DNA of 24,056 nt from a virus (lineage: Duplodnaviria; Caudoviricetes): IMG/VR virus record IMGVR_UViG_3300020044_003501, positions 1 to 24,056 of that record. One strand, given 5' to 3'. A program made the translations under genes and the position numbers. This document shows, in pieces, positions 1-7,685 of the stretch. Below the pieces are notes generated by a model. That model searched no databases. It was not told where the DNA came from and worked only from the letters and a program-made list of their open reading frames with translations. The first letter of the stretch is position 1. Each line of letters starts with the position of its first letter.

Positions 1-228
1 AGTGATGAAATTGGGTCTACTTTCTGCCTGATCTGCATGGGCAAGGGCCGCGTTTTGGTCGGCATGTCGTATCCGCCGAAACGCACGATTGCCGTGAAAT
101 ACGAATACGATCCTTGCCCCGGATGCACCCTGCCGCCGCACACATTTCACGCTAAACGAACGGCACAAATCCTGCGCGAGACGCGCGAAGCCCGCACCAC
201 GCTGGCCGAGATCGGGGGTGAGGGATGA
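1..228 (+). CDS. Small putative zinc-finger protein, 5' end outside window
   Basis: Frame is open from base 1 (SDEIGSTFCLICMGKGRV...YDPCPGC), with a CxxCxGxG motif and a second CxxC; the stop overlaps the next ATG (ATGA at 225-228). Confidence 0.55.
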   Translation, partial: SDEIGSTFCLICMGKGRVLVGMSYPPKRTIAVKYEYDPCPGCTLPPHTFHAKRTAQILRETREARTTLAEIGGEG

Positions 229-467
229 CCGACGAAGAACTGATCAAGCGGCTGCGGGCATCTCGCGCTGTATGGGAAGACGGGAAGTCCCGCCCAACAG
301 ACGATGAGACTGCCGCCGCCGACCGCATTGAGGCGCTGACAGCCCGTCTCGCCAAGGTGGTGGAGGCGGCGAGGGCCTACCGCGTCGCCACCAAGCATCT
401 GGGGCCGTGCCCTGAAACATCGGCTGGGCTGGACGCCGCGCTGGCCGAGGCAAAGGGCAAACTGTGA
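225..467 (+). CDS. Hypothetical phage protein (80 aa)
   Basis: GGTGAGGG RBS; coupled at both ends (ATGA/GTGA); 'ELIKRLR...AADRIEALTARL' is a pattern common in small phage early proteins. Confidence 0.7.
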   Translation: MTDEELIKRLRASRAVWEDGKSRPTDDETAAADRIEALTARLAKVVEAARAYRVATKHLGPCPETSAGLDAALAEAKGKL

Positions 468-715
468 GCGGCGGCAGTGAACTGAAATCGCCGGGGGCGA
501 TGGCGCTACGGGCGGCGGGGTACAAGCCCTGCCCCCGCTGGTGGCTGACCGAGGAGCAGATGGAACTGGTCGCCTACATGGCCAGCCAAAACTCTGCCGA
601 GGTCAATCGCATCCGCGCCGGGGCAGTGATGACTGAAGATGAAATCAAAGCGGCGCAGCTAGAGGCCGCATGGGAGATGCAGCGAGAATGGAAGACTGGA
701 AAGGCGAAAGCCTGA
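464..715 (+). CDS. Hypothetical phage protein (83 aa)
   Basis: GTGA overlap with the upstream gene; natural-looking amino-acid composition. Confidence 0.65.
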   Translation: MSGGSELKSPGAMALRAAGYKPCPRWWLTEEQMELVAYMASQNSAEVNRIRAGAVMTEDEIKAAQLEAAWEMQREWKTGKAKA

Positions 716-891
716 TCCGTGGCGCAGCAGCGGACAAGGCGAAGAGCAAGAGTGAGGTGCGGCGGCTGGTGTCGCGGATCGCGCATGAAAACCGCAAGGC
801 GACGGGCGCACCCTGCCCCGCAGCCAAGTCGCACAGCGCCTTCGTGCGCGCGGCGGTCTATCGGACAGACAAGGTGAAGAAGGATGCGTGA
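670..891 (+). CDS. Hypothetical basic protein (start may be 688)
   Basis: Fills the gap between 715 and the helicase; its stop overlaps the helicase start region; start codon uncertain. Confidence 0.5.
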   Translation: MGDAARMEDWKGESLIRGAAADKAKSKSEVRRLVSRIAHENRKATGAPCPAAKSHSAFVRAAVYRTDKVKKDA

Positions 892-2290
892 CCGCTCGCA
901 GCTTCGCCCTGTGCAGCTTCGGCTGATCCATGAGATGGCCACCAGCGAGGGCGTGGCCATCGTGCTGGGCATGGGCGGCGGCAAGACCGCCTGCGCCCTG
1001 ACGGCCATCGCCGACCTGCTGGCGGCGAGCGTGATCCGCGCCGCCGTCGTCGTCGCCCCCAAGCGCGTCGCCCTGTCCACATGGCCGCGCGAGGTGCGCG
1101 TCTGGTCGCATCTGGCGCATCTGGATGTCGGCGTCCTAAGCGGTGACGGCGACCGCCGTGCGCGCGTCCTGCGCCAGCGGCACGACGTATACGTCTGCGG
1201 GATCGACAACCTGCCGTGGCTGATCGATGAACTGAAGGCCCTGCCAGATCACCCCGGCCTTGACCAGTTGGTCATTGACGAGCTGTCGCGATTCAAGAAC
1301 CCGCGCGGCAGCAGGGCCAAGGTGCTGAACAAGCACAGCCACCTGTTTGGGTCGATCTGGGGCCTGACGGGCACGCCCCGGCCCAATGGGTGGGAAGACC
1401 TGTGGATGCCCCTCCAGATCGTCTCCAAGGCCCGCGCGTGGGGCCTGACGTTCGACCCGTGGCGCGAGCGGCACTTCATGGCCATGGACTATCACCGCCG
1501 CAAGTGGGCCGTCCGCGAGGATGCCCTGCCCGCGATCCGGCGGGTGATCGATGCGTGGGTGGTGACGATCCCGGCAGAGGACACGGTCGATGTGCCGTTC
1601 GTGTCGGGGCCGGATCACGACATCGTCGTGCCGCTGTGCCACGCCGCCAAGGCCGACGCCGACAGCATGGAGCGCGATCTGCTGATCAGTCTGGGCCGCG
1701 ACGGCACGCTGGCCGACATCGACCCCGCCGACGACAGCGTCATCGTGGCCCTGTCGCAGGCCGTGGCCAGCGGCAAGCTGTCCCAGATCATGCAGGGGTA
1801 TGTCTATCAGGCGGGCCGCGCCGTGCAGCACTATGACGCCGCCAAGGCCGACGCGCTGGTCGATTTCATCGCGGGGCTGGACGGCGAGCCGCTGATCATC
1901 TGCTACTGGTTTGAGGAAGACCTGACGATCCTGCGCGACCTGTATCCCAACATGCCGCACCTCGGCGCGGGCGTCAGCGACAGGAAAGCCGATCAGACCA
2001 TTGATGACTGGAACGCGGGACGCCTGCCCCTGCTGGCCCTGCACCCCGCCAGCGCGGGCCACGGCCTCAACCTGCAATTCGGCGGATCGCGGATGCTGTT
2101 CTACGCCATGCCGTGGTCGCCGGAACTGTACGCCCAGACCGTCAAGCGGCTGGCGCGCCCCGGCCAGACCAAGCCCGTCTTCGTCCACCGCCTGCTGGCC
2201 GACCACCCATACGAGCAGCTTCGCCTGCGGCGGGTGGAGAGCAAGATCGACACCGAGCAAGAGTTTATCAGCCAACTGAGGAGCATCTGA
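884..2290 (+). CDS. SNF2-family (SF2) phage helicase
   Basis: Walker A GMGGGKT, motif Ia VVAPKRVA, Walker B VIDELS, motif III GLTGTP, motif V SAGHGLNLQ, motif VI QTVKRLARPGQ; AAGGA upstream. Confidence 0.92.
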   Translation: MRDRSQLRPVQLRLIHEMATSEGVAIVLGMGGGKTACALTAIADLLAASVIRAAVVVAPKRVALSTWPREVRVWSHLAHLDVGVLSGDGDRRARVLRQRHDVYVCGIDNLPWLIDELKALPDHPGLDQLVIDELSRFKNPRGSRAKVLNKHSHLFGSIWGLTGTPRPNGWEDLWMPLQIVSKARAWGLTFDPWRERHFMAMDYHRRKWAVREDALPAIRRVIDAWVVTIPAEDTVDVPFVSGPDHDIVVPLCHAAKADADSMERDLLISLGRDGTLADIDPADDSVIVALSQAVASGKLSQIMQGYVYQAGRAVQHYDAAKADALVDFIAGLDGEPLIICYWFEEDLTILRDLYPNMPHLGAGVSDRKADQTIDDWNAGRLPLLALHPASAGHGLNLQFGGSRMLFYAMPWSPELYAQTVKRLARPGQTKPVFVHRLLADHPYEQLRLRRVESKIDTEQEFISQLRSI

Positions 2291-2778
2291 TGATATACAA
2301 CGGCCTATCGCTGCTGTCCGCAGCCCCGATCAAGGATATGCTGGAGACCAAGGAGCGGGCGCACGGCGTCAGCCACGGGCTGGCCGAGGCGGGGTACGAC
2401 ATCCGCATCAAGCAGACCGTCGTGTTCGCCGGGGGGTTCACAGAGCCACGGGTTTGGGTGGACGGCGCTAGGACCAGTGGGCGCTTCGCGCTGGCATCGA
2501 CCGTCGATGAGTTCCACATGCCCCCCTATCTGGTGGGCGTTGTCCACGACAAATCGACGTGGGCGCGCCGGGGCCTGTCGGTGCGGAACACCGTCATCGA
2601 ACCGGGGTGGAACGGCTTCCTGACCCTTGAACTGGTCTATGATGGCAGCGGGATGCTGGAGATACCGGCGGGCGCGGGGATCGCGCAGGTGCTGTTCCAT
2701 GAGGTGGCATCGCCCGCGCAGTACGACGGCAAGTATCAGGGGCAGGAAGATCGTCCCGTGGAGGCCCGCCATGACTGA
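2290..2778 (+). CDS. dcd: dCTP deaminase (trimeric dUTPase superfamily)
   Basis: AGYDIRI, DKSTWARRGL, NTVIEPGWNGFLTLEL, GIAQVLF and YDGKYQGQ motifs; true start is ATG 2290 (TGATG overlap, GAGGAG RBS), not 2113. Confidence 0.88.
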   Translation: MIYNGLSLLSAAPIKDMLETKERAHGVSHGLAEAGYDIRIKQTVVFAGGFTEPRVWVDGARTSGRFALASTVDEFHMPPYLVGVVHDKSTWARRGLSVRNTVIEPGWNGFLTLELVYDGSGMLEIPAGAGIAQVLFHEVASPAQYDGKYQGQEDRPVEARHD

Positions 2779-3046
2779 CACGATCCGCCACCAGATACTG
2801 ATGGACGCCGACCGTCTGCTGCACGGCGACAGGCAGGCCGACTATGGGCCACCCGAAGAAAATTTCGCCCGCATTGCGACAGGCTGGGCCGTGATCCTTG
2901 ATGCGCCCGTGACGGCAGAGCAGGTGGCCCGCTGCATGGCGTGGCTGAAGATCGCCCGCCTGTGCGAGGGGCCGCACCGCGACAGCTACACCGACGGCGC
3001 GGGGTATCTGGCGCTGGCCGGGGAATTAGGTTTGAAAGGTACTTGA
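2771..3046 (+). CDS. DUF6378-like phage protein (91 aa)
   Basis: GDRQADYGPPEENFARIA...LKIARL...HRDSYTDGAGY signature; ATG 2771 with GGAGG RBS. Confidence 0.82.
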   Translation: MTDTIRHQILMDADRLLHGDRQADYGPPEENFARIATGWAVILDAPVTAEQVARCMAWLKIARLCEGPHRDSYTDGAGYLALAGELGLKGT

Positions 3047-3124
3047 CGCAGTACCAGACAACACTTATCTAGGGGGTGCGGGCGACGCGGTGTCGCCCCA
3101 CCCAGACAGGACACAGGCCATGAC
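3036..3124 (+). repeat. Promoter-stem-loop-RBS element, copy 1
   Basis: AAGGTACTTGAC...TATCTAGGG...GGGCGAC-GCGGT-GTCGCCC...ACAGGACACAGGCCATGAC; block-wise match to 3794-3883. Confidence 0.85.
3043..3071 (+). promoter_or_regulatory. Sigma70-type promoter P1
   Basis: TTGACG (3043-3048), 17 bp spacer, TATCTA (3066-3071); identical geometry recurs at 3801-3829. Confidence 0.75.
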
Positions 3125-3341
3125 ACTGCGCGCGATCAACACCGAATGGAAATACGTCAAGTCCTACGCGACCGAGGCAAACCTGATGAAGCGGATTGAA
3201 GAGGACCGCGACATGTACCCGGAACACAATGACCGCTTCATGGTCGTCCGCACGCCTGAAGGCCGCTGGACCGCCGTCGTGGTCCTCGACAAATCGACGG
3301 GCGGCTACGTTGGCCGCTACGAAGGCTTTATGAAGGTCTGA
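3120..3341 (+). CDS. Hypothetical early protein (73 aa)
   Basis: ATG 3120 after ACAGGACACAGGCC, directly downstream of P1; MTLRAINTEWKYVKSY... Confidence 0.75.
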   Translation: MTLRAINTEWKYVKSYATEANLMKRIEEDRDMYPEHNDRFMVVRTPEGRWTAVVVLDKSTGGYVGRYEGFMKV

Positions 3342-3345
3342 TGCC

Positions 3346-3483
3346 GTGACCGATCTGGACCGCATCCTGAACGAACTGGGCGTCATCGCGCGCCCGGTTC
3401 CCGCCCCGCAGCCCACCCGCCCCGCAGGCGAGCCGCGCGACTGGCGCGGCGTCTGGTATCGTGACGGCAACGTCCCACACTGA
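3346..3483 (+). CDS. Small hypothetical protein (45 aa), not in ORF track
   Basis: GTG 3346 to TGA 3483 gives MTDLDRILNELGVIARPVPAPQPTRPAGEPRDWRGVWYRDGNVPH; GAAGG upstream; fills the gap exactly. Confidence 0.6.
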   Translation: MTDLDRILNELGVIARPVPAPQPTRPAGEPRDWRGVWYRDGNVPH

Positions 3484-3500
3484 CCGCAAGAGGCCCGCCC

Positions 3501-3794
3501 ATGACCGCCCCCATGCCCTCCCTGCAATTCTACGCCAACGACATCGGCGACTTCATCTGCGCCATTGAGGATCGCGGCATCCACCCGACTGAGGTGGGTG
3601 TCGTGATCCGGATGCTGCGCAACATGGTCACCGACAATGACGCCCTGCGCCGGGAGGCGCGCGATGCCCAGACCTACCGCGCCAACGGCGAGGCCGAGGA
3701 ACTGGCCGACCTGCGCGACGAACTGGCGCGGGCCAAGGATCGCATCGCCGATCTGCAAATCCGTCTGCACGACGCACGCAGAAAAGTTCGGTGA
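3501..3794 (+). CDS. Hypothetical protein with C-terminal coiled coil (97 aa)
   Basis: AAGAGG RBS; heptad pattern LADLRDELARAKDRIADLQIRL. Confidence 0.7.
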   Translation: MTAPMPSLQFYANDIGDFICAIEDRGIHPTEVGVVIRMLRNMVTDNDALRREARDAQTYRANGEAEELADLRDELARAKDRIADLQIRLHDARRKVR

Positions 3795-3883
3795 AGGTAC
3801 TTGACCCAAGTCTGACGAACAGCTATCTAGGGTGCAGGGCAGCGCGGTGCTGCCCGCCCCACGCACAGGAGACAGGCCATGAC
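3794..3883 (+). repeat. Promoter-stem-loop-RBS element, copy 2
   Basis: AAGGTACTTGAC...TATCTAGGG...GGGCAGC-GCGGT-GCTGCCC...ACAGGAGACAGGCCATGAC. Confidence 0.85.
3801..3829 (+). promoter_or_regulatory. Sigma70-type promoter P2
   Basis: TTGACC (3801-3806), 17 bp spacer, TATCTA (3824-3829). Confidence 0.75.
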
Positions 3884-4766
3884 CATGTTCAACACCAACG
3901 TCCGCTTCGGTTTCGCCAGCGCCACCCCGATGACCGACGCCGATCTGCGCCGCGCCGCGCCGTCGCTGTTCGCCACCGAGGCCCACAGCAGCCGCTCTGA
4001 CCGCTTCGTCCCGGTCCCGACCATCGACATCATCCACGGCCTGCGCCGCGAGGGCTTTGAGGTGTTTTCGGCCTCGCAGGCCAAGACCCGCGACGTGTCC
4101 AAGCGCGACTTCACCAAGCACATGGTGCGCCTGCGCAACCCGTCGTTCCGCCAGATGGCCAACGGCGACACCTTCGAGATCGTGCTGGTCAACGGCAACG
4201 ACGGGTCGTCGGCCTACCGCATGATGCCGGGGTTCTTCCGCATGGTCTGCTCCAATGGCCTGATCGTCGGCGAGACCATCGGCGAGACGCGCGTCCGTCA
4301 CAGCGGCAATGCCATGGGCGATGTCATCGACGGGGCGTACACCGTCCTGCAAGATGCGCCCCGCGTGGCTGATCAGGTTGATGCCTTCCGCTCGACCAGC
4401 CTGACCCGCGATGAGGCGCTGGTGTTCGCCCAAGCCGCCCACCAGCTTCGCTTCCCCGCCGCCGCGCTGGATCGTGACGATCCGGCCTTCGCCCCGGCCC
4501 CGGTCGAGGCCAACCGCCTGCTGTCCGCCCGCCGTCAGGCCGACGTGGGCGAGCGCGCCAACCTGTGGGGCGTCTTCAACGTCGTGCAGGAAAACGTCGT
4601 GCGCGGTGGCCAGAAGGGCTGGGTGGAGCGCGTTGATGCCAAGGGCCGCGTCAACGTGCGCCGCGCCTCGACCCGCGCCGTGGAGGGCATTGACGGCAAC
4701 CGCGACCTCAACCGCGCCCTGTGGACGCTGGCCGAGGGCATGGCAAAGCTGAAGGGGGCGCAGTAA
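3879..4766 (+). CDS. DUF932 (UPF0380, YafZ/YfjQ-like) protein
   Basis: APSLFATEAHSSRSDRF.PVPTI, FTKHMVRLR, NGNDGSSAY.MMPGFFRMVCSNGL and LNRALW motifs; AGGAG RBS. Confidence 0.88.
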   Translation: MTMFNTNVRFGFASATPMTDADLRRAAPSLFATEAHSSRSDRFVPVPTIDIIHGLRREGFEVFSASQAKTRDVSKRDFTKHMVRLRNPSFRQMANGDTFEIVLVNGNDGSSAYRMMPGFFRMVCSNGLIVGETIGETRVRHSGNAMGDVIDGAYTVLQDAPRVADQVDAFRSTSLTRDEALVFAQAAHQLRFPAAALDRDDPAFAPAPVEANRLLSARRQADVGERANLWGVFNVVQENVVRGGQKGWVERVDAKGRVNVRRASTRAVEGIDGNRDLNRALWTLAEGMAKLKGAQ

Positions 4767-4849
4767 TGCGCCTCCACATCTCAGACGCGCTGGGCGTCGT
4801 CATCCTCTTCGGGCTGTTGGTCCTGTTCCTAAACGTGACGCCGGGGTGA
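4766..4849 (+). CDS. Putative single-pass membrane microprotein (27 aa), not in ORF track
   Basis: TAATG overlap with the DUF932 stop, GGGGG upstream; MRLHISDALGVVILFGLLVLFLNVTPG. Confidence 0.55.
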   Translation: MRLHISDALGVVILFGLLVLFLNVTPG

Positions 4850-4861
4850 TCCCCCGGCGTC
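4837..4861. terminator. Hairpin at convergence of the two arms (possible bidirectional terminator)
   Basis: GACGCCGGGG-TGATC-CCCCGGCGTC, perfect 10-bp stem; only weak T tracts on either side. Confidence 0.6.
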
Positions 4862-4868
4862 TGCCGTT

Positions 4869-5180
4869 TCAGAAACCCTTGACGCGCAGGCGGGCGAAGT
4901 CGCCGTCTGCCAGTTTCTTTTTGACGTGGGCCGCAAATCCCTGCGTGCCGATGGCCTCGCCGCACTCAGCGGCCCACTGCTCTGCGACGACCAGCGGGAT
5001 GCGGCCAGCGAGGCGGAATGCCGCGTCGCCGTGCATCGACGGGGCGATCTCGCCCAGCGCCTTGTTGTCGTCCAGCAGCGCCTGCACCTCTTGATGCCGA
5101 CTGACGATCAGCTTGCCGTCCTGCTCGAACATCCGTTCGGTGACATCATAGTGCGTGTTGCTGGTGGTGATCAGGCTCAC
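4869..5180 (-). CDS. Conserved hypothetical protein of head module (103 aa)
   Basis: GTGA overlap, GAGG RBS; 'QEVQALLDDNK...AGRIPLVVAEQW' resembles small proteins that follow the capsid gene in this phage type. Confidence 0.75.
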   Translation of the reverse strand: MSLITTSNTHYDVTERMFEQDGKLIVSRHQEVQALLDDNKALGEIAPSMHGDAAFRLAGRIPLVVAEQWAAECGEAIGTQGFAAHVKKKLADGDFARLRVKGF

Positions 5181-5380
5181 GACGTGGCCTCGTCCTCGGT
5201 GCGGCGGCGGCGCGTTGCGGGCTTCGCTGCCGGGGCGTCAGTGACCAGTTCGGCAAAGCCGTTGGCGACCAGCGCGGTGGCCTCATCTTCCGGCACGTCG
5301 ATTTCCGCGCCCATCGGCTGCGGCTGGCCATTGGCCCAAGGCTGGCGTGCGGTGGTGATCTTGATGGCGGGCATGTTCAT
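5177..5380 (-). CDS. Small head-associated hypothetical protein (67 aa)
   Basis: GGAGG RBS; 'GAEIDVPEDEATALVANGFAE' domain plus low-complexity basic tail. Confidence 0.7.
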   Translation of the reverse strand: MNMPAIKITTARQPWANGQPQPMGAEIDVPEDEATALVANGFAELVTDAPAAKPATRRRRTEDEATS

Positions 5381-5396
5381 CCTCCGGGGGGTGGGG

Positions 5397-5420
5397 AGAG
5401 CGGCCCCGAGGGGCCGCCCT
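5397..5420 (-). terminator. Hairpin downstream of capsid gene
   Basis: Minus strand AGGGCGGCCC-CTCG-GGGCCGCTCT (one G-U pair); no U tract, so a weak terminator or an mRNA-stabilising stem. Confidence 0.5.
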
Positions 5421-5433
5421 TAGTGCGTCAGGA

Positions 5434-6420
5434 TCAGAGAGCGCCGTTGATGTCGGCGATGATGCCGTGCGCCTTTTCGGTGTCCACCTGCAAGCCGTAT
5501 TCGACCGAGATCAGGCGGCGCTCCGAGTGGCCGGTGCGGGCCAGCGGGCGCTGCTTGACGTTCTGGAGGAAGGTCATGCGGGCGTAGCTGGGGTCCAGCA
5601 CGAACACGTCACGGGCGGCGACGGTGCGCGTCTCAAGGAAGCGCGACGGCACGATCTGGAGCGTGCCGAAGTCGGACACATAGATGTCGATGGCCGCGAC
5701 CAGCTTCTTCTTGTCGGTCATGTCCTGATACTTGGTGGCCGAGCCGGTGAAGGTCGAAGAAATCTTCTGCTTCACAGCCGAGCCGCACAGGACGATGGAC
5801 GGCTCCGCGCCGTTGTTCCAGCACGCCGCGATCACCGTCTTCAGCATGTCTTCGGTCAGCGCGCGGGCGGTGCCGTCGGTCGCAGCCGCGTTGGGGTAGC
5901 CCGACGTGGTGCCCGACAGGGTGCCGTTTGCGCCGCCCGATCCGCGCGAGACGTTGGAGGTCAGGAACGCGGGCAGGCCAGCGGTCACGCGGGCAGTCGC
6001 AGCCGCGCCAGCGTTGGCAGCGACGTTGGACAGCAGCATGACTTCCATGTCGCGCTTCAGTTCCTTCAGCTTGAAGGCAACCTGCTTGGCCACAGTCTGG
6101 ATGTCAGCCGCGCCGTTGACGCTGTCGGCAGTGTCCGAGACTTCCACGACCTTGTCGCTGATCTGGGTGTAGTTGCCCATGCGATTGGCGTTGGTCGGCG
6201 CGTCGTTGCCGGGGGCCGCTTCGCCTTCCAACACGCGGTTGGTGGTGGGCGCGGCGAGGTCAACCACGGGCCACTCGTAGTAGGTGTTGGACACCGACTT
6301 GCGGCCAATGGCGGCTTGGAACGGCGTCTCGGTCGAAGAGATGCTGATGTAGGCATCCTGAAGGTCTTCGCGGATCGTGGAAACGTCGTAGGTCTTTTCG
6401 GTATTGGCGTTCACGGCCAT
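5434..6420 (-). CDS. Major capsid protein (SU10/DUF5309-like)
   Basis: REDLQDAYISIS.TETPF, GNYTQI.DK, KELKRDME, IDIYVSDFG and LARTG..ERRLI motifs; AAGGAG RBS; follows the scaffold gene. Confidence 0.9.
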   Translation of the reverse strand: MAVNANTEKTYDVSTIREDLQDAYISISSTETPFQAAIGRKSVSNTYYEWPVVDLAAPTTNRVLEGEAAPGNDAPTNANRMGNYTQISDKVVEVSDTADSVNGAADIQTVAKQVAFKLKELKRDMEVMLLSNVAANAGAAATARVTAGLPAFLTSNVSRGSGGANGTLSGTTSGYPNAAATDGTARALTEDMLKTVIAACWNNGAEPSIVLCGSAVKQKISSTFTGSATKYQDMTDKKKLVAAIDIYVSDFGTLQIVPSRFLETRTVAARDVFVLDPSYARMTFLQNVKQRPLARTGHSERRLISVEYGLQVDTEKAHGIIADINGAL

Positions 6421-6448
6421 GGGGTTTCTCCTTCGGAGATATGGGGGT

Positions 6449-7441
6449 TCAGATCAGGAGGAAACGCGCGACATCGTCCACGCTTCCGCTTCGCTTCATC
6501 TGTGCCTTCGCCTTTTCGGCCTGCACCCGCTTACCCTGCTGCGGCGCTACCTTTGCCCCCGGCTTGACGGTCGGGGTCTTGGGTTGCTCGGCCCGTTTCT
6601 CTGCCACAGCCTTACCCGACATCAGCCGCCGATACTGGGCGGCATCATGCAGGACGCGAAGGGCGCGGTGGTCGGCGACCTCGCGCAATTCATCAAGGCT
6701 GTAGCCGTAGATTTCCATGCCTGCCTGCACCAAATCCTGCTTCGCCTTCGCTGCCGTTTCGGGCTTGGCGAAGGCGGGGATCGCCTGCGTGAGCAGTTGC
6801 TGCTGTTCGGCGAGGAACGCGGCGCGGGTCTGTTGCTCCGCCTGCGCCTGCCGAGACGACAGTTCTTGCACGGCCATCTGGGCCTGTTGGTACGCCGCGA
6901 GGTCCTTGTCATATTTGACGCGGGCCTCAAGGTAGCCGATGGGGTCGCGTTGCAGGAGGGCCTCATCCGGCATCTGTGGCTGCTGCATGGGGAGGTTCCC
7001 CGTCTGCATGGCCTGCGCGAATTGGGCGATCTGCTGGCGCTCGGCTTGCAGGGCACTGTAGACCTGCGACACCTGCTGTTTCTCTTCAGCAACTTGCCGC
7101 ATACCCTGCTGGATGTAGGCTTGCCCCGAATAGCCCCGGATTAGTTCGTTAAGGGGAACCTGCTGGTCGCGCCCGTTCACCTTGACAGTGAACAGCCGCT
7201 CGGCTGGGTCATCCTCTACGTCGTCCGCTTCGCCTTCGTCTGCGCCTTCGTCCACGTCTTCCGCGTCGGCCTGTTCGGCCTCGGCGTCGTCTTCGGTCGC
7301 GTCGGGCTGGTCTTGTGCGTCGTCCGCTTGGGACTGCACCAGCGCCTCTTCGTCCTGCTCACCTTCTTGCTGCGGCCCGTCGATCAGGCTCGCCGCGACG
7401 GCGTCGATGTCGTTTCCGTCCATTGCAGTCGTGTCAGACAC
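6449..7441 (-). CDS. Capsid scaffolding protein
   Basis: Acidic N-terminus, FTVKVNGRDQQVPLNELIRGY motif, coiled coil and C-terminal SGSVDDVARFL; likely GTG start 7441 with GAGAGGG RBS. Confidence 0.85.
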   Translation of the reverse strand: MSDTTAMDGNDIDAVAASLIDGPQQEGEQDEEALVQSQADDAQDQPDATEDDAEAEQADAEDVDEGADEGEADDVEDDPAERLFTVKVNGRDQQVPLNELIRGYSGQAYIQQGMRQVAEEKQQVSQVYSALQAERQQIAQFAQAMQTGNLPMQQPQMPDEALLQRDPIGYLEARVKYDKDLAAYQQAQMAVQELSSRQAQAEQQTRAAFLAEQQQLLTQAIPAFAKPETAAKAKQDLVQAGMEIYGYSLDELREVADHRALRVLHDAAQYRRLMSGKAVAEKRAEQPKTPTVKPGAKVAPQQGKRVQAEKAKAQMKRSGSVDDVARFLLI

Positions 7442-7685
7442 GGTGCTGCCCTCTCTCGTTTCGCCGCTCCAGTAGCTTGCCGTCGGTGATGTACGACGCA
7501 AGCTGGTCCTTTAGCAGGCGCAGCGCATGGACCATCCGATGCGCCTCCATCAGTTGTTCAGCATCGCACACATTCTCAGTGAAGAGGCTGATCTGTGCGT
7601 TTTGTAACACATCAAACGCCTCCTTGAGAAGGGGGTCGGCAAGCAGGGTCTTGGCGTGGGCGGCGCGCTGTATTGTGGTCATCAC
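7434..7685 (-). CDS. Small conserved protein between portal and scaffold
   Basis: 'AKTLLADPLLKEAF' helical protein in the usual post-portal position; overlaps both neighbours. Confidence 0.75.
   Translation of the reverse strand: MMTTIQRAAHAKTLLADPLLKEAFDVLQNAQISLFTENVCDAEQLMEAHRMVHALRLLKDQLASYITDGKLLERRNERGQHRV

Noticed and set aside
2113-2289. Extended N-terminus of dCTP deaminase (similarly 2627, 3090, 7501, 18133, 23419, 23719 starts)
   Set aside because: These overlap neighbouring genes or regulatory DNA; downstream starts have better RBS or coupling.
3080-3098. Leader hairpins as intrinsic terminators or N4-type ssDNA promoters
   Set aside because: No U tract follows, they lie just downstream of a -10 box, and the loop does not match N4 hairpin promoters; no virion RNA polymerase is seen in the window.
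3069-4442. 457-aa - strand ORF (likewise 1136-2275, 5467-6567, 9824-10822, 14071-15288)
   Set aside because: Antisense to well-supported genes, with composition typical of shadow frames.
5380-5460. Capsid C-terminal extension by frameshift or readthrough
   Set aside because: No slippery heptamer seen before the stop, and the next gene has its own GGAGG RBS.
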